From Piromyces finnis finn (Eukaryota; Fungi; Neocallimastigomycota), in NCBI GenBank assembly GCA_002104945.1, contig MCFH01000029.1, positions 372,001-436,000 on the forward strand: 64,000 nt of DNA. Direction: 5' to 3'. Position numbers and translations under genes: made by a program. Below the pieces are notes generated by a model that worked only from the letters and a program-made list of their open reading frames with translations, was not told the DNA's origin and did no database searches. Positions 16,901-29,389 of the stretch are shown one piece after another (the stretch's first letter is position 1; every line of letters begins with the position of its first letter).

Positions 16901-19900
16901 TTTCTAAAGAAGTTCAAGAAATAAATGAAGAAGTTAAAGATAAAGTCGAAGAAATTGTTAGTAAAGAAATTCAAGAAATAAATGATGAAGTTACTGAAGT
17001 TAAAGATAAAGTTGAAGAAGTTATTTCTAAAGAAATTCAAGAAATAAATGATGAAGTTACTGAGGTTAAAGATAAAGTTGAAGAAGTTATTTCTAAAGAA
17101 ATCCAAGAAATAAATGATAAAGTTAAAGATAAAGTTGAAGAAGAAATACATGAAGCAATTGATAGATTAGAAGAAGAAAAAGATGAAATAGATAGATTAC
17201 AAGAAATAAAGAATGAAATAAATAAAGCAAAAGAAAATATTAAAGAAGAAGCTGAAAAACTTAAAGAAGAATTAAAAGAAAAAGAAAATTTAGCTTTAGA
17301 AAAAGTTGAAACAACTGAAAATATAATAAAAGAAGAAAAAGAGGAATTAATTAAAGAAATAAATAATTTACAAGACCTAAAAGATCAATTTAATGAGGTA
17401 AAAGAAAAATTAGAAGAAAAAGAGAAGCCTCAAGATCAGCTTGGTATAGATGATATTACTGAAGCAAAAATTGCTAATATGATTAATAAATGTGAAGTTT
17501 TAAATGAAAATAAAGATAATAAAGAATTTAATGAAATTACTACTGATGAAATAAGTAATAAAGAAATAAATGATACAGATTTGATTGTTAAAAAGGAAAA
17601 TTTAAATGAAAATTTAAAAAATATATTGGATAGTAAACAAAATGAGCTCCAGAATGAAATTAATAAAATATCAGATTTAAAAAATGAAATTGGTAAAGCT
17701 AAAGATGAACTTCAGAATGAGGTTAATAAATTGGAAGATGAACTTAAATTGCAAGAAGAACGTGAAGTTCAAGAACAAATAATAAAGGATAAAATTAATG
17801 GTATTGAAAAAGAAAAGCAAGAAATTATTGAAACTCAAGAAGCTCTTAAAGAAGAGATTGAAAAAATTAATGAATTAAAAGATAAAGTTATATTAATAAA
17901 AGAAAATATAATTAATGAAGGAGAAATGAATAATAATGTTGATAATAGGGAAAAAACCCAACAATATAACGATATAGAGCAACAATATGATGAAACTTTT
18001 GAAGTATTTAACGAAGAAATAGAAAATGTTAAAGATTGCAATATTGAAAATGATAATGAAAATCATGAAGATAATAAAGAAGAACAAAATGAGAATTTAG
18101 AAACACTAGATATAGGTGAAATTGAAAATCGTGAAGATAATAAAGAAGAACAAATTGAGAAATTAGAAACTCTAGATATAGGTGAAAATGAAATAGAGAC
18201 TGTCAATTTAGAAATATTAGATAGAGGCAAAGAAGTCAAAGATAAAAGTTCAGAAGAACGAGAAAATGAAGTAATGCATGAAAATATAGAAACCATAGAT
18301 TTAGAAGAAAAGAAAGCAGATCTTGAAGTTTTGGAAAATAATGATAAAGATAAACCTATAATAGAAAATATTTATAATAATGACATTCAAAGAGAATTAA
18401 GTGAAAAAATTGAAAAATTACAAGACATAAAGAATCATGTTATTAAGTCTAAAGAAGAATTATTTAATTATATGGATGAAGAAGATTCAAATAAAATAAA
18501 AAAAGATATTATAGAAAAGCAGGAGCAATTAATGAAAGAAATTGATAAAATTTATGAACTAAAAGATACAATTATTAATATGAAAGAAAAATTAAATGAT
18601 GATAATATTAAAGGAAAAATAGATAATTACAAAAAAAAAGAAATGGATAATGGTTTTAATTATATTTCATATACATTTAACCCAGATGACATTGATAATT
18701 CTAAAGGAATGAATGAACCAAACGATGAAGAAGAACATGATTATGAACAAAGTTATGAAGAACAAAGTTATGAAGAACACAGTTACGACAATGATGGTGG
18801 AAATCCAGAAAACAATGATAATAATGATAATTATGAAAATAGTTATAATAGTAATTATAATGATAATAATAATGGTAATAATAATAATGATAATAATAAT
18901 AATAATGATAACAATAATAATAATAATGATGATGATGATAGTAAAAAAGAAAACAATAATAAAGCAAGTAAAACAAAAACAAAAAGTAAGAGCACTAAAA
19001 AAAATAAAAAAAAGAATGTCGAGTATTATGAGGATGACATTGATGATAACGATTCGATAGATACTACTGAAAGTGATAAAAAAATTTTACTGAAAAATAA
19101 AGAGATCAAAGAAGAACGCAAGAAATTAAATAAACTTAAAAAGTAATTTAAATTAAAAATTATTTTTATTTAACAAAAAATCATTATTAATAAATTTTTT
19201 TTAAATATTACTTATATTTTAATTAGAGAAATGAGAAAAGAAAAGCGAATAAGAGTTAAAGAACAAGCGTATAATGTAAACAATAGTATAAATGAAAAGC
19301 ACCCATATGAACCATTTTATGATAAAAATTTATTGGATTACTTCTGTTCAAAAAACATTAGAAACCATTTAGTTAAACAAGGATTGGTAAAAATATATCG
19401 CAAGAATAAAGATAATTGTAGTAATAAGATATCAAAAATATTAAAATTAAATAAATCTATTTAATTTTAATTATAGGTTGACAATGAGGGTCGTATTGTT
19501 GATCCAATAAAGTTCAAATTTGATCAAATGGCAAAGGATAGAGAAGAAAGTGAAAGAGAAAAGGAAAGACAAAATAGATTTAGAAAATGGGACAGAGAAG
19601 TCGAGGTATATATGATATTAACCATTTACTATGAGCTTAAACCTATATAATATATGGTAATTAATATGTGGTAATTAATACTAATAAAAATAAATTTTTA
19701 GGTTAAGATAAGAAATCAAAAAGTTGATTTAAGTAAATTCCGTTTACCAACTGATAATGTAAATAATTATAATAATAAATTATAATAATAAACTTTAATA
19801 ATAATAAAATATATAGTAAAAAAAAATACTAATAATCCTTTACCAATATAACAATATAATAAAAATAGTTAACAAGTGGCATTAGCTTTACATATTCACC

Positions 19901-22900
19901 ATACCTTTCAAATAATAAAAAGGTTACACAACCAACATATAGATGTCCAAAGATTTATAATAATGTAAAATCTTCGTATAGCTATAATAATGAAAATAAA
20001 AAATCGGAATTACCGAAAGTTAAAAGTCGTGAAAAAGAAAAACTTGACAAATTATTAGATAGCGCTCTTCATGATAAAGGTGTTAATAAAGGAAAAAAGG
20101 CATTTAATCCATTTGAATTATTTTGTGCAGAAACTCTTATTAATATGGGTGGTGACCCAAATGATGTAATTTAAAATTAATTATAGAAGCTACAAATTCC
20201 ATATATAATAATATTTAATAAATATGAAATTAATATATATAATTTTTTTTAATTAATAGATTGCTGATCAATATAAAAAGCTAGGAAAAACTATCCCTAA
20301 GGTAAAGAAAACTAAAGTTAAAAAAACTACTAATCTTCCAAAAATTCAAAATGATGCTAGAAGTGTTAGTTCAGGTTCATGTAGTTGTAGTCATCCATCA
20401 GAAATTTGTTTATGTGGTCATATTGACGACTATGAAGCAATTCTTAAAGAAGCCAAAAATAAAGATGATATAAAAACTAAAAAAGTTACAAAAAAGAAGA
20501 TAACATCTATTACAACAATTAATAAGAGCAATTCAAAAATCTCAGAAACACCATTACCACCATTAGAAAAGCCAAAAAAGAAAAATGTCAGAAGATTCCC
20601 AGCAATTGTTAAAGCAAATGCTTCAGAAACAATGCCAAAGGTTGATACTAAGAAAAAATCAACCAGTGAAGAAAAATTGTACAAAAAGAGAAGTAATAAG
20701 AAAAGTTCTAAGATAAATTCAATAATTGATAATAATATAGTCAGTAAAAATACAATTAAAAATGATTTAGATAATAAAAATAGAAGTCATTCGAGTATAT
20801 CACTTGAAAGAAATTTTCCAGAAGCAAAAAAAAAAGAAGAAACAGAGATAAAAGAAAGTATAGAAGATCAGGCTCCTGGGTCTCAAAATGAAATAAATGG
20901 TAAAAATGTAAATGAAGAGAAAGATGATAAAATAATTGAAACAAATGAAAAAGAGAAAAATGAGACAAAAGGAATTAATGACGAAGAACAAAAATATGAA
21001 CAAGATTATGAACAAGATTATGAACAATATAATGATGAAGATATTAAAGAACAAGATGTGAAAAACCAAAATATTGAAGAATTACAATACGAAGAAAATG
21101 AAAATCAAAATGAAGGACTAATTGCTACAAAAGAACAACCAACCATTGAAGATGAAAAACCAGCAGATGAACAAGTTACAGAAGAACAACCAACCATTGA
21201 AGATGAAAAATCAGCAGATGAACAAGTTACAGAAGAACAACCAACCATTGAAGATGAAAAACCAGCAGATGAACAAGTTACAGAAGAACAACCAACCATT
21301 GAAGATGAAAAACCAGCAGATGAACAAGTTACAGAAGAACAACCAACCATTGAAGATGAAAAACCAGCAGATGAACAAGTTACAGAAGAACAACCAACCA
21401 TTGAAGATGAAAAACCAGCAGATGAACAAGTTACAGAAGAACAACCAACCATTGAAGATGAAAAACCAGCAGATGAACAAGTTACAGAAGAACAACCAAC
21501 CATTGAAGATGAAAAACCAGCAGATGAACAAGCTATAAAAGAACAATCAAATGAACATGAACAAGATTATGAACAAGATTATGAACAATATTATGAACAA
21601 GATTATGAACAATATAATGGCGATGAAACCATTGAAGAACAGAAGGCTATCGAAGAAGATAAGCCAACTGAAGAAAAAGAAAAATCAACTGAAGAACAAC
21701 CAAATGAAGAACAACCAGTTGTTGAAGAAGATAAACCAACTGAAGAACAACCAAATGAACGACCAGTTGAAGAACAACCAGTTGTTGAAGAAGATAAACC
21801 AACTGAAGAACAACCAAATAAAGAACAACCAGTTGTTGAAGAAGATAAACCAACTGAAGAACAACCAAATGAACGACCAGTTGAAGAACAACCAGTTATT
21901 GAAGAAGATAAACCAACTGAAGAACAACCAAATGAAGAACAACCAGTTGTTGAAGAAGATAAACCAACTGAAGAACAACCAAATGAACGACCAGTTGAAG
22001 AACAACCAGTTATTGAAGAAGATAAACCAACTGAAGAACAACCAAATGAACAACCAGTTGTTGAAGAAGATAAACCAACTGAAGAACAACCAAATGAAGA
22101 ACAACCAGTTATTGAAGAAGATAAACCAACTGAAGAACAACCAAATGAACAACCAGTTGTTGAAGAAGATAAACCAACTGAAGAACAACCAACTGAAGAA
22201 CAACCAAATGAAGAACAACCAGTTATTGAAGAAGATAAACCAACTGAAGAACAACCAAATGAACAACCAGTTGTTGAAGAAGATAAACCAACTGAAGAAC
22301 AACCAACTGAAGAACAACCAAATGAACAACCAGTTGTTGAAGAAGATAAACCAACTGAAGAACAATCAAATGAACAACCAAATGAACAATCAGTTGAAGA
22401 ACAACCAGTTGCTGAAGAAGTAAAACCAAATGAAGAACAACCAAATGAACAACCAGTTGTTGAAGAAGATAAACAAACTGAAGAACAACCAAATGAACAA
22501 CCAAATGAACAATCAGTTGAAGAACAACCAGTTATTGAAGAAGATAAACCAACTGAAGAACAACCAAATGAACAACTAGTTGAAGAACATGAAGAACAAC
22601 CAGTTGTTGAAGAAGATAAAGCAACTAAAGAACAACAACCAATTGAAGAACAACCAAATGAACAACTAGTTGGAGAACAATCAACTGTTGAAGAAGAAAA
22701 ATCAACTGAAGAACAACCAACTGAAGAACAATCAAATGAACAACCAATTGCTGAAGAAGTAAAACCAACTGAAGAACAATCAAATGAACAACCAATTGCT
22801 GAAGAAGTAAAACCAACTGAAGAACAACCAAATGAACAACAACCAGTTGAAGAACAACCAGTTGCTGAAGAAGTAAAACCAACTGAAGAACAACCAGTTG

Positions 22901-23013
22901 AAGAACAACAACCAGTTGCTGAAGAAGTAAAACCAACTGAAGAACAACCAAATGAACAACCAGTTGAAGAACAACAACCAGTTGCTGAAGAAGTAAAACC
23001 AACTGAAGAATAA
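13951..23013 (+). CDS. Giant (~2,850 aa) glutamate-rich repeat protein with a central ERICH3/FSIP2-like motif; 6 exons
   Basis: Exon 13951-19142 (AA|GTAATT) splices in frame to 19227 and on through 19477, ~19702, ~19869 and ~20260-23013. The small central exons encode PYEPFYDKNLLDYFCSKNIRNHLVKQGLVDNEGRIVDP. Confidence 0.8.
14560..17130 (+). repeat. Coding tandem array, roughly 40 units of 57/66/75 bp (EINDEVKDKVEEVISKEIQ, optionally plus TEV or TEGKEV)
   Basis: Visible in DNA and translation; the copy number is an estimate. Confidence 0.95.
21133..21540 (+). repeat. Coding tandem repeat, 8 x 51 bp (EQPTIEDEKPADEQVTE), nearly perfect
   Basis: Eight copies counted; one cca>tca change in copy 2 and a divergent end on the last copy. 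Confidence 0.97.
21640..23010 (+). repeat. Coding mosaic tandem array of EEQPVVEEDKPT/EEQPN/EEQPVAEEVKPT modules
   Basis: Visible in the translation of ORF 20632-23013 up to the stop codon. Confidence 0.95.
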
Positions 23014-23585
23014 CCAAATGATCAATCAATTATTAATTATTGAATAAAAAAAATGTGTTAATTTTCAAAATATTACAGAATAATTTAGCATTGCATCTTA
23101 ATTAACAAAGTTTTGTATAATAATAACCAAAACAAAATATTTATATTTCAATTAAAAAATCAGTTATTTTAAATTATTATGTTATTATAATAATTATAAT
23201 AACAATTATAATATTTTTTTTTAAAAACAAATATTTTAATAATAATATGGCTTCATTCTTATTTTATCATTAATTATTTAATATATCTATCATTTTTTTT
23301 CAATATGTATTTTAATTCATTTTATAATTGCAATATTTTATTTTTTGCTTTATAGATTTATAGACTCTTTTTTTTGAATATCCATAATTTTGAATATTGT
23401 ATAATACCATATTTTTTTTTTTTTTAAAAAAAAGGAAAAGAAATATAAAAGTTAAAATAAAATAATACTATTAATTTAAAAGTATTATATTATTATTATT
23501 CCTTTAATTTTAATTAATAATGTTTTTTTTCTTTTAAAGATAAAAATCTTTACTATTATTATTATATCATATTTCATAAATATTA

Positions 23586-23628
<43 letters not shown>

Positions 23629-23656
23629 AAGAAAAAAAAAAAAGCAATTATAAAAA

Positions 23657-26600
23657 ATGAAAGAAAAAAAAATAAAAACCATAATAATAAGTATTTTTCT
23701 TTTTATTATTAGCTATAATATAAGAATATATGCTATAGGTCGTTCCAAAGTAGTAGTGTAAATAATCACATTCTATTAAAATTTATTTAATGAAAGATAC
23801 TATTAAAAAAGTTTTAACAAATAAAATTTAATAATAAAATTAAAAAAAAAAATAAGATGGGATGAATCACATTTTGCATTAGACACTTCAGAATATGTTG
23901 GAAAGAGATTCTTTTTTGATTTACATCCTCCATTAGGAAAACAAATACTAGCTTTTGTAGGTTATTTTCTAAAGTTTGATGTTACATTATATACAAATTT
24001 TTTCCCTTTTCCTGGAGGTGCGCCATATGTTGAAGGTTTAAAATATGTAGCATTGAGAAAAGTTTGCGCATTTTTTGGTTCTTTGGTAAATATATATTAA
24101 AATTATTAATTTTATAATTTTTTACTTTAAAATTTTAATATTTATTAGTTGTTATTAATTTATCTTTAAAATTTTAAAATTTAAATGATAGATTGTACCA
24201 CTATCATATTTATCTGCAATTGAATTAAAAATATCTCAAAAAGTAGCGATTTTATTAGGAATACTTGTAGCAATTGGTATCCAACATCATTAATGTTATA
24301 AATAGGAATATTAAATAAAACATTTTGAAAAGAAATGTTTATTTAATTTAAAAAATTCAGAATTTATGTTAATAACATATATTTTTTTATATATTTCTTT
24401 TAAAAGAGAATTCTTTAATTGTTATATCAAAATTTATATTATTGGATGCTTTTCTTTTATTTTTTAATTCATTAACATGCTTTTGTTTTTTAAAGTTTAA
24501 TAATACAAAAAAGAGGTATTAGTATATAAGTGCGGATATAATCTAATGATAAAAGTAATATTAAAAGAATTATTAAATTATATTTATTAATAGGGAATTT
24601 TCGGTTTCATGGTGGAAGTGGCAGCTTTTACTAGGTATATCAATGGGTGGTTTAATTAGCATTAAATGGACAGGATTTCAAACTTATGCATTAATTGGTT
24701 TAGTAAGATTTATTTAATATATTTTATATTATTTATGTATTTGGTCTAAAAAACATATTATTATTTATTATTATATAGTTTACATTATATGACCTTTTCA
24801 TATATTATATTAAAAATTTCAAAAGCATGGTATATTCGAATCAATTATTATATATAATTCTACATCTAATGAATATAGTTTTATAATTAATTTCAAAAAA
24901 AAAAAAATTCATAAATAAACAGAGAACATATATTAAGCATTGGATATCAAGAATAATATGTTTGATAATTATTCCATTCTTCATTTACATATTATTATTT
25001 TATATTCATTTCCAATGGTTTACAAATAGCGGTGAGGGAGACCCGAAAATGAGTACAGCTTTTAAATCTAAGCTTAAAGGAAATACACTTTATGGACCTT
25101 TAGGTATTAATCTAAATATTAGAAATGTTATACTACTACTACTACTACTACTACTACTAATAATAATAATAATATGAATCAATAACAATAGATATTACCA
25201 ATAGTTCCATTGTTCATTTAAAAAATTCAAGAATTGGAGGAGGTAATCTTTTTTCAACGGCTAATAGTAAATATTCAAATAATTGGGTTTCAACTTATTT
25301 ACTGGATGATCCTGGGTTAGACTGGATTATAAAAAAAAAACAAAATGAAAACATAAAAAATGATGTTTATTTCCGAGATGGAGATATAGTACAATTTGGT
25401 ATTTATAATAAATTATATATTATACTATTTATATATATATATATAAGTTTATAATACATTGCTATTAACAAATTAATTATTTTTATTTAAATTTTTTTAG
25501 TTCATAAAGAATCAAATACTTATTTAACTACTACCACATATGATTATTGTCCATTTACAAAATCTATGAAACGTGTAATTAGTAAAGATGAATTAACTGA
25601 TAGTTCATTTTGGAAGATTGAATTTGTTGAAAATCCTAGTATCAAAAACTTTATTCAATTAAAACAAGGTAATTTTAAGGAGATCCCTGAAGTTTTGCAT
25701 CCAGTTGGGACTGTATTCCGTTTAAGGAATGTTAAATTTAATTGCTTATTACGTTCGCATAATGTTGTTTTACCGATGTCATTGGGATGGAAGAGACTTG
25801 AAACAGGATGTGATTTTGATAATGAGGATAATTCAGAGACATTATGGCATATTGAAGATAATATTTCTTTTTATTGTAAATATATTAATATAACATAATG
25901 AGTTTTTGCAAAGGAATTTAATAATTTAAAAATTCAGATATTCAATGATATTAATACTAATATTAATGTTATCACAATAATAATTATTACTACTATTTTT
26001 AATAAAATTAAAAACAGATAAAAGCCTTCCTTATTTATATAAATGGGATATCAAACAGTCATTCTGGAGAGATTTCTTAGATTATCATTCAGCAATGATA
26101 AATGTTAATAAAATGATGGAACCATTCCCTAGAGCAACAATGAGATTAGATTCGCATCCAAAAACATGGCCATTTTTGAATGGTGGTATAAGAATGCTAA
26201 ACTGGGATGACAATACTGTTAAATTTTATTTATTAGGAAACCCTTTTATATGGTGGTTAGGAACTTTATCAATCATATTTGTTTTTGGTGCATCGTTATT
26301 TAAAATAAAGGCCATAGCTAAAAGTATTAATAATAAATAAATTTAAAAAAAAAAAATAAGATAATTTTAATTAATTATTTAATATAATAAAACCCTCCAT
26401 ATAGATGAAAATTCAATTTTTTCTGAATTGTTCGTTCTTTGTGGATGGATAATAAATTATTTACCATTTTATATTGTAGGTAGAATGACATAGTAAGTAT
26501 TATATTTTTAGTTTATTAATAAAATATATTAATAATAAATATATAAATATTTAACCATTTAACAACATTTTTTTTTCTTCTTTTTTTAAATAATATTTCA

Positions 26601-26850
26601 AAAACGAAAAAAAAGTTTACATCACTATTTAGTGTCATTATATTTCTCAATTCTATGCTTAGTAATATTTATCGATTTTTATATTTTACCATTAATAAGA
26701 ATACCAATTTTAAAAAGATTGTTTTTAATTGTAGTTTTAATAACAGCAATATCTATAAGTATATTTTTTTCACCATTTGTATATGGATTTACAGGTCCAG
26801 CAATTAATATGAAAAATAGAAGATGGTTAAAAACATGGAATATTTACTAA
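23657..26850 (+). CDS. PMT2: Dolichyl-phosphate-mannose:protein O-mannosyltransferase (PMT2-family-like, divergent), multi-exon
   Basis: VVWDESHF, FFFDLHPPLGK, ENSLIVISKFILLD, SIKWTG, QWFTNSGEGD..MS..F, MIR-like segments, LLGNPFIWW, GRMTYLHHY, WLKTWNIY*. Confidence 0.88.
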
Positions 26851-27345
26851 TTATTATTCCACATAAGAATATAAGAATAATAAAATGAATAAATATTTCT
26901 TGAATAGATTTTAAAAAATAAAAAAGGATAATTATTTAATGATTAGAAAATATAATATATAGACCAAATAATATAATAAAATATAACAACAACAACAATA
27001 TATCAAATAAATTGAAAAATATAATTTGAAATTTTAATATGTAAAATATTATATTTTAATAAAATGAAAATATAATAATTTAAATATTATTTATTATTTA
27101 TTATTTATTTTTATTTAAATTTTTTATATATAATAGTTAATTCTTTATACTACTCTTTCTCTATTTTTTTTTATTATATTATTCTTCCCCCTTTTTATTC
27201 TAATCTTTTTGTTTTATTTTACATGTACTATTTTATTTTTACTTAAATACCATTTTTTGTATATTTGAATATTTTAGAAATTATTTTATTTAATTTTTTA
27301 AAAACTAATACTATAGAGCGGAAATTTCAACTTCTATATATTTAT

Positions 27346-27963
27346 TTAATCTTCATATAAATTCTTGTTCTTTAAGAAAACCTTAGCACCTTCTACAATA
27401 ATTTCATGTTCAACGCTATGAATTCTTTCTTCGAGAGTATCTTCGGTATCTTCTTTGTAAATTGGAACAACTCTAGTTAAAATAGTTTCTCCACGATCAA
27501 CTTGTGGAATTACCTTATGTACCATAACACCAGTATGTGGAATCTTTCCTTCCATAAAAGCTTTGTATGCACGTTGAATGGCATGTGTACCATCAAATTG
27601 ACCTGGTAAAGCTGGATGTAAATTAATAATTTTACCTGGAAGAATGTCAATGAATTCAGCACTTAAAATGTGCATCCAACCGGCTAAAACAATAAGGTCT
27701 GGGTTGTATTTTTCCTTAATAATGTTAGCTAAATCAACATCATATTCAACACGAGTTTTTCCAGCATCCTTGTATGGCTTAAGTGGGAAAACAAAAGTTG
27801 GAATGTTGGCCTTAGCAGCTCTTTCTAAACCGTATGCAGACTTCTTATTTGAAATGACTACTTGAATTTCAGCCTTTAAATCACCCTTTTCAATAGCATC
27901 AATGAAAGCTTGAAGATTTGAACCATTTCCGGAGATTAAAATAACAAGTTTTGGAAGTGCCAT
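27346..27963 (-). CDS. ADE8: Phosphoribosylglycinamide formyltransferase (GAR transformylase), intronless
   Basis: VILISGNGSNLQA, PDLIVLAGWMHIL, INLHPALPGQFDG, GVMVHKV...VDRG; the HPALPG.FDG.HAI segment matches fungal Ade8. Confidence 0.96.
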   Translation of the reverse strand: MALPKLVILISGNGSNLQAFIDAIEKGDLKAEIQVVISNKKSAYGLERAAKANIPTFVFPLKPYKDAGKTRVEYDVDLANIIKEKYNPDLIVLAGWMHILSAEFIDILPGKIINLHPALPGQFDGTHAIQRAYKAFMEGKIPHTGVMVHKVIPQVDRGETILTRVVPIYKEDTEDTLEERIHSVEHEIIVEGAKVFLKNKNLYED

Positions 27964-28935
27964 TTTTTTTATTTAATTTAAAAATAATATTTTACAATAA
28001 AGAGAAAAAAAATATATAATCATGAAAAAACGTTAAGAAATTATTTTTTAATATGAAAATAATATATTAAATAATATACTAATAATATATATGATATATT
28101 TAAAATAATTGAATATTTAATTTATATTTTTAAAATTATTTATTATCAGTACAACGCAGCATCTACAAAAAAACGTTTAAACCAATCATATTTATATATT
28201 TTAATGGTGATTTTATATAAAATGTATGTTAAATACGTATGAAAAGATATGAAAAAAATAATATTGTTATATCATCAAAGTATTAATATAATAAATATAA
28301 ATCCAAAAATATTTAATATATTATTTATATATACACTTGAAGAAATAATATTTTTTTTTTTTTTTTTATTTTTAAATCTTTATATTAATATTAAAGTTTT
28401 GATTTTTAAAAAATGTGTAACATAAAATATTTGTTAACAAATACTATCCACAATTACATACATAAATTTATTCATTATATACATTTATTTTTACTAATAA
28501 TTTCATTCCTATTATATATAAAAAATATAAAAATAATGATAATAATAGAATTTCAAGAATTATAAAAAGAAACATTTTAAAATTTAAAAAAACGAAAAAG
28601 CTCATTTTTTAGATGATATAAAACATATGTTTTATGATGAAATAATCAATTTTATTTTTTAGTGATAAAAAATTATAATAATATTGATAATTTAATATTT
28701 TATTTTTAAAAAAGAAATTAATGAACATAAAAATTATAATATCCAATAACCTTTCGAATTTAATTAATTCAACTATAATTAGATTTTTATTTACACTAAA
28801 AAATATTAAAACCATAATAAAGTTGAATATTTTTTATAATTTGGTGATGCTAATATAAATTTTATATAAATTATATTAATTTTGATATTAATAAAATTTA
28901 TTGATTTTATAAACTTATTAAAAGATATTTCATCT

Positions 28936-28981
28936 TTTATTTCATTTAACTGAAAGATAGCTTTCAGTTAAATGAAATAAA
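28936..28981. other. Perfect 21-bp inverted repeat with a 4-nt loop (hairpin/cruciform)
   Basis: TTTATTTCATTTAACTGAAAG-ATAG-CTTTCAGTTAAATGAAATAAA; pairing checked base by base. Confidence 0.95.
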
Positions 28982-29389
28982 TTAATGAAATATTAATTAA
29001 ATTTATTCTATATATATCTTTCAAACAGTCATTTATTTTTTAGACATGAATATATATACTTTTGTTTTTATTCCTTTTTTTATACTTTTTTTTAAAAAAA
29101 AATTTCAAATTAGTTTTTATTTTTTTTCTTTATCCCTTTTTTTTATACCTTTTTTTTTTAAAAAAAAATTCAAATTATATAATTATATTTAATTCAATAT
29201 ACCAATCTATTAATAAAAATATTTAAAATCAATTATTATATATAAGCATTTTTTGAAAGTATAAAATATTTAAATAATATTAAATAAATAAAACAACTAT
29301 AGATATAATAAAATTTATTAATTTTTATGTTTTCCTTTCTTTCTCGAAATACAAATTACTAGCTTTTATAAATATACATTTAAATTAAA

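Noticed and set aside
21133-21540. CRISPR-like regular array
   Set aside because: No unique spacers; it is an in-frame coding tandem repeat in a eukaryotic gene.
14127-23029. Many antisense and alternate-frame ORFs (FFNFIF, LVVLQ, KNNQ, SSMVGC repeats)
   Set aside because: Shadows of the coding tandem repeats, which lack stops in other frames.
27346-27963. Intronless, GC-richer ADE8 as a bacterial purN transfer
   Set aside because: The sequence matches fungal Ade8 features, and the GC excess fits high-expression codon bias, also seen in intron-containing ARO1.
29060-29175. Imperfect ~65-bp direct duplication
   Set aside because: Low-complexity T/A-rich local duplication with no evident function.
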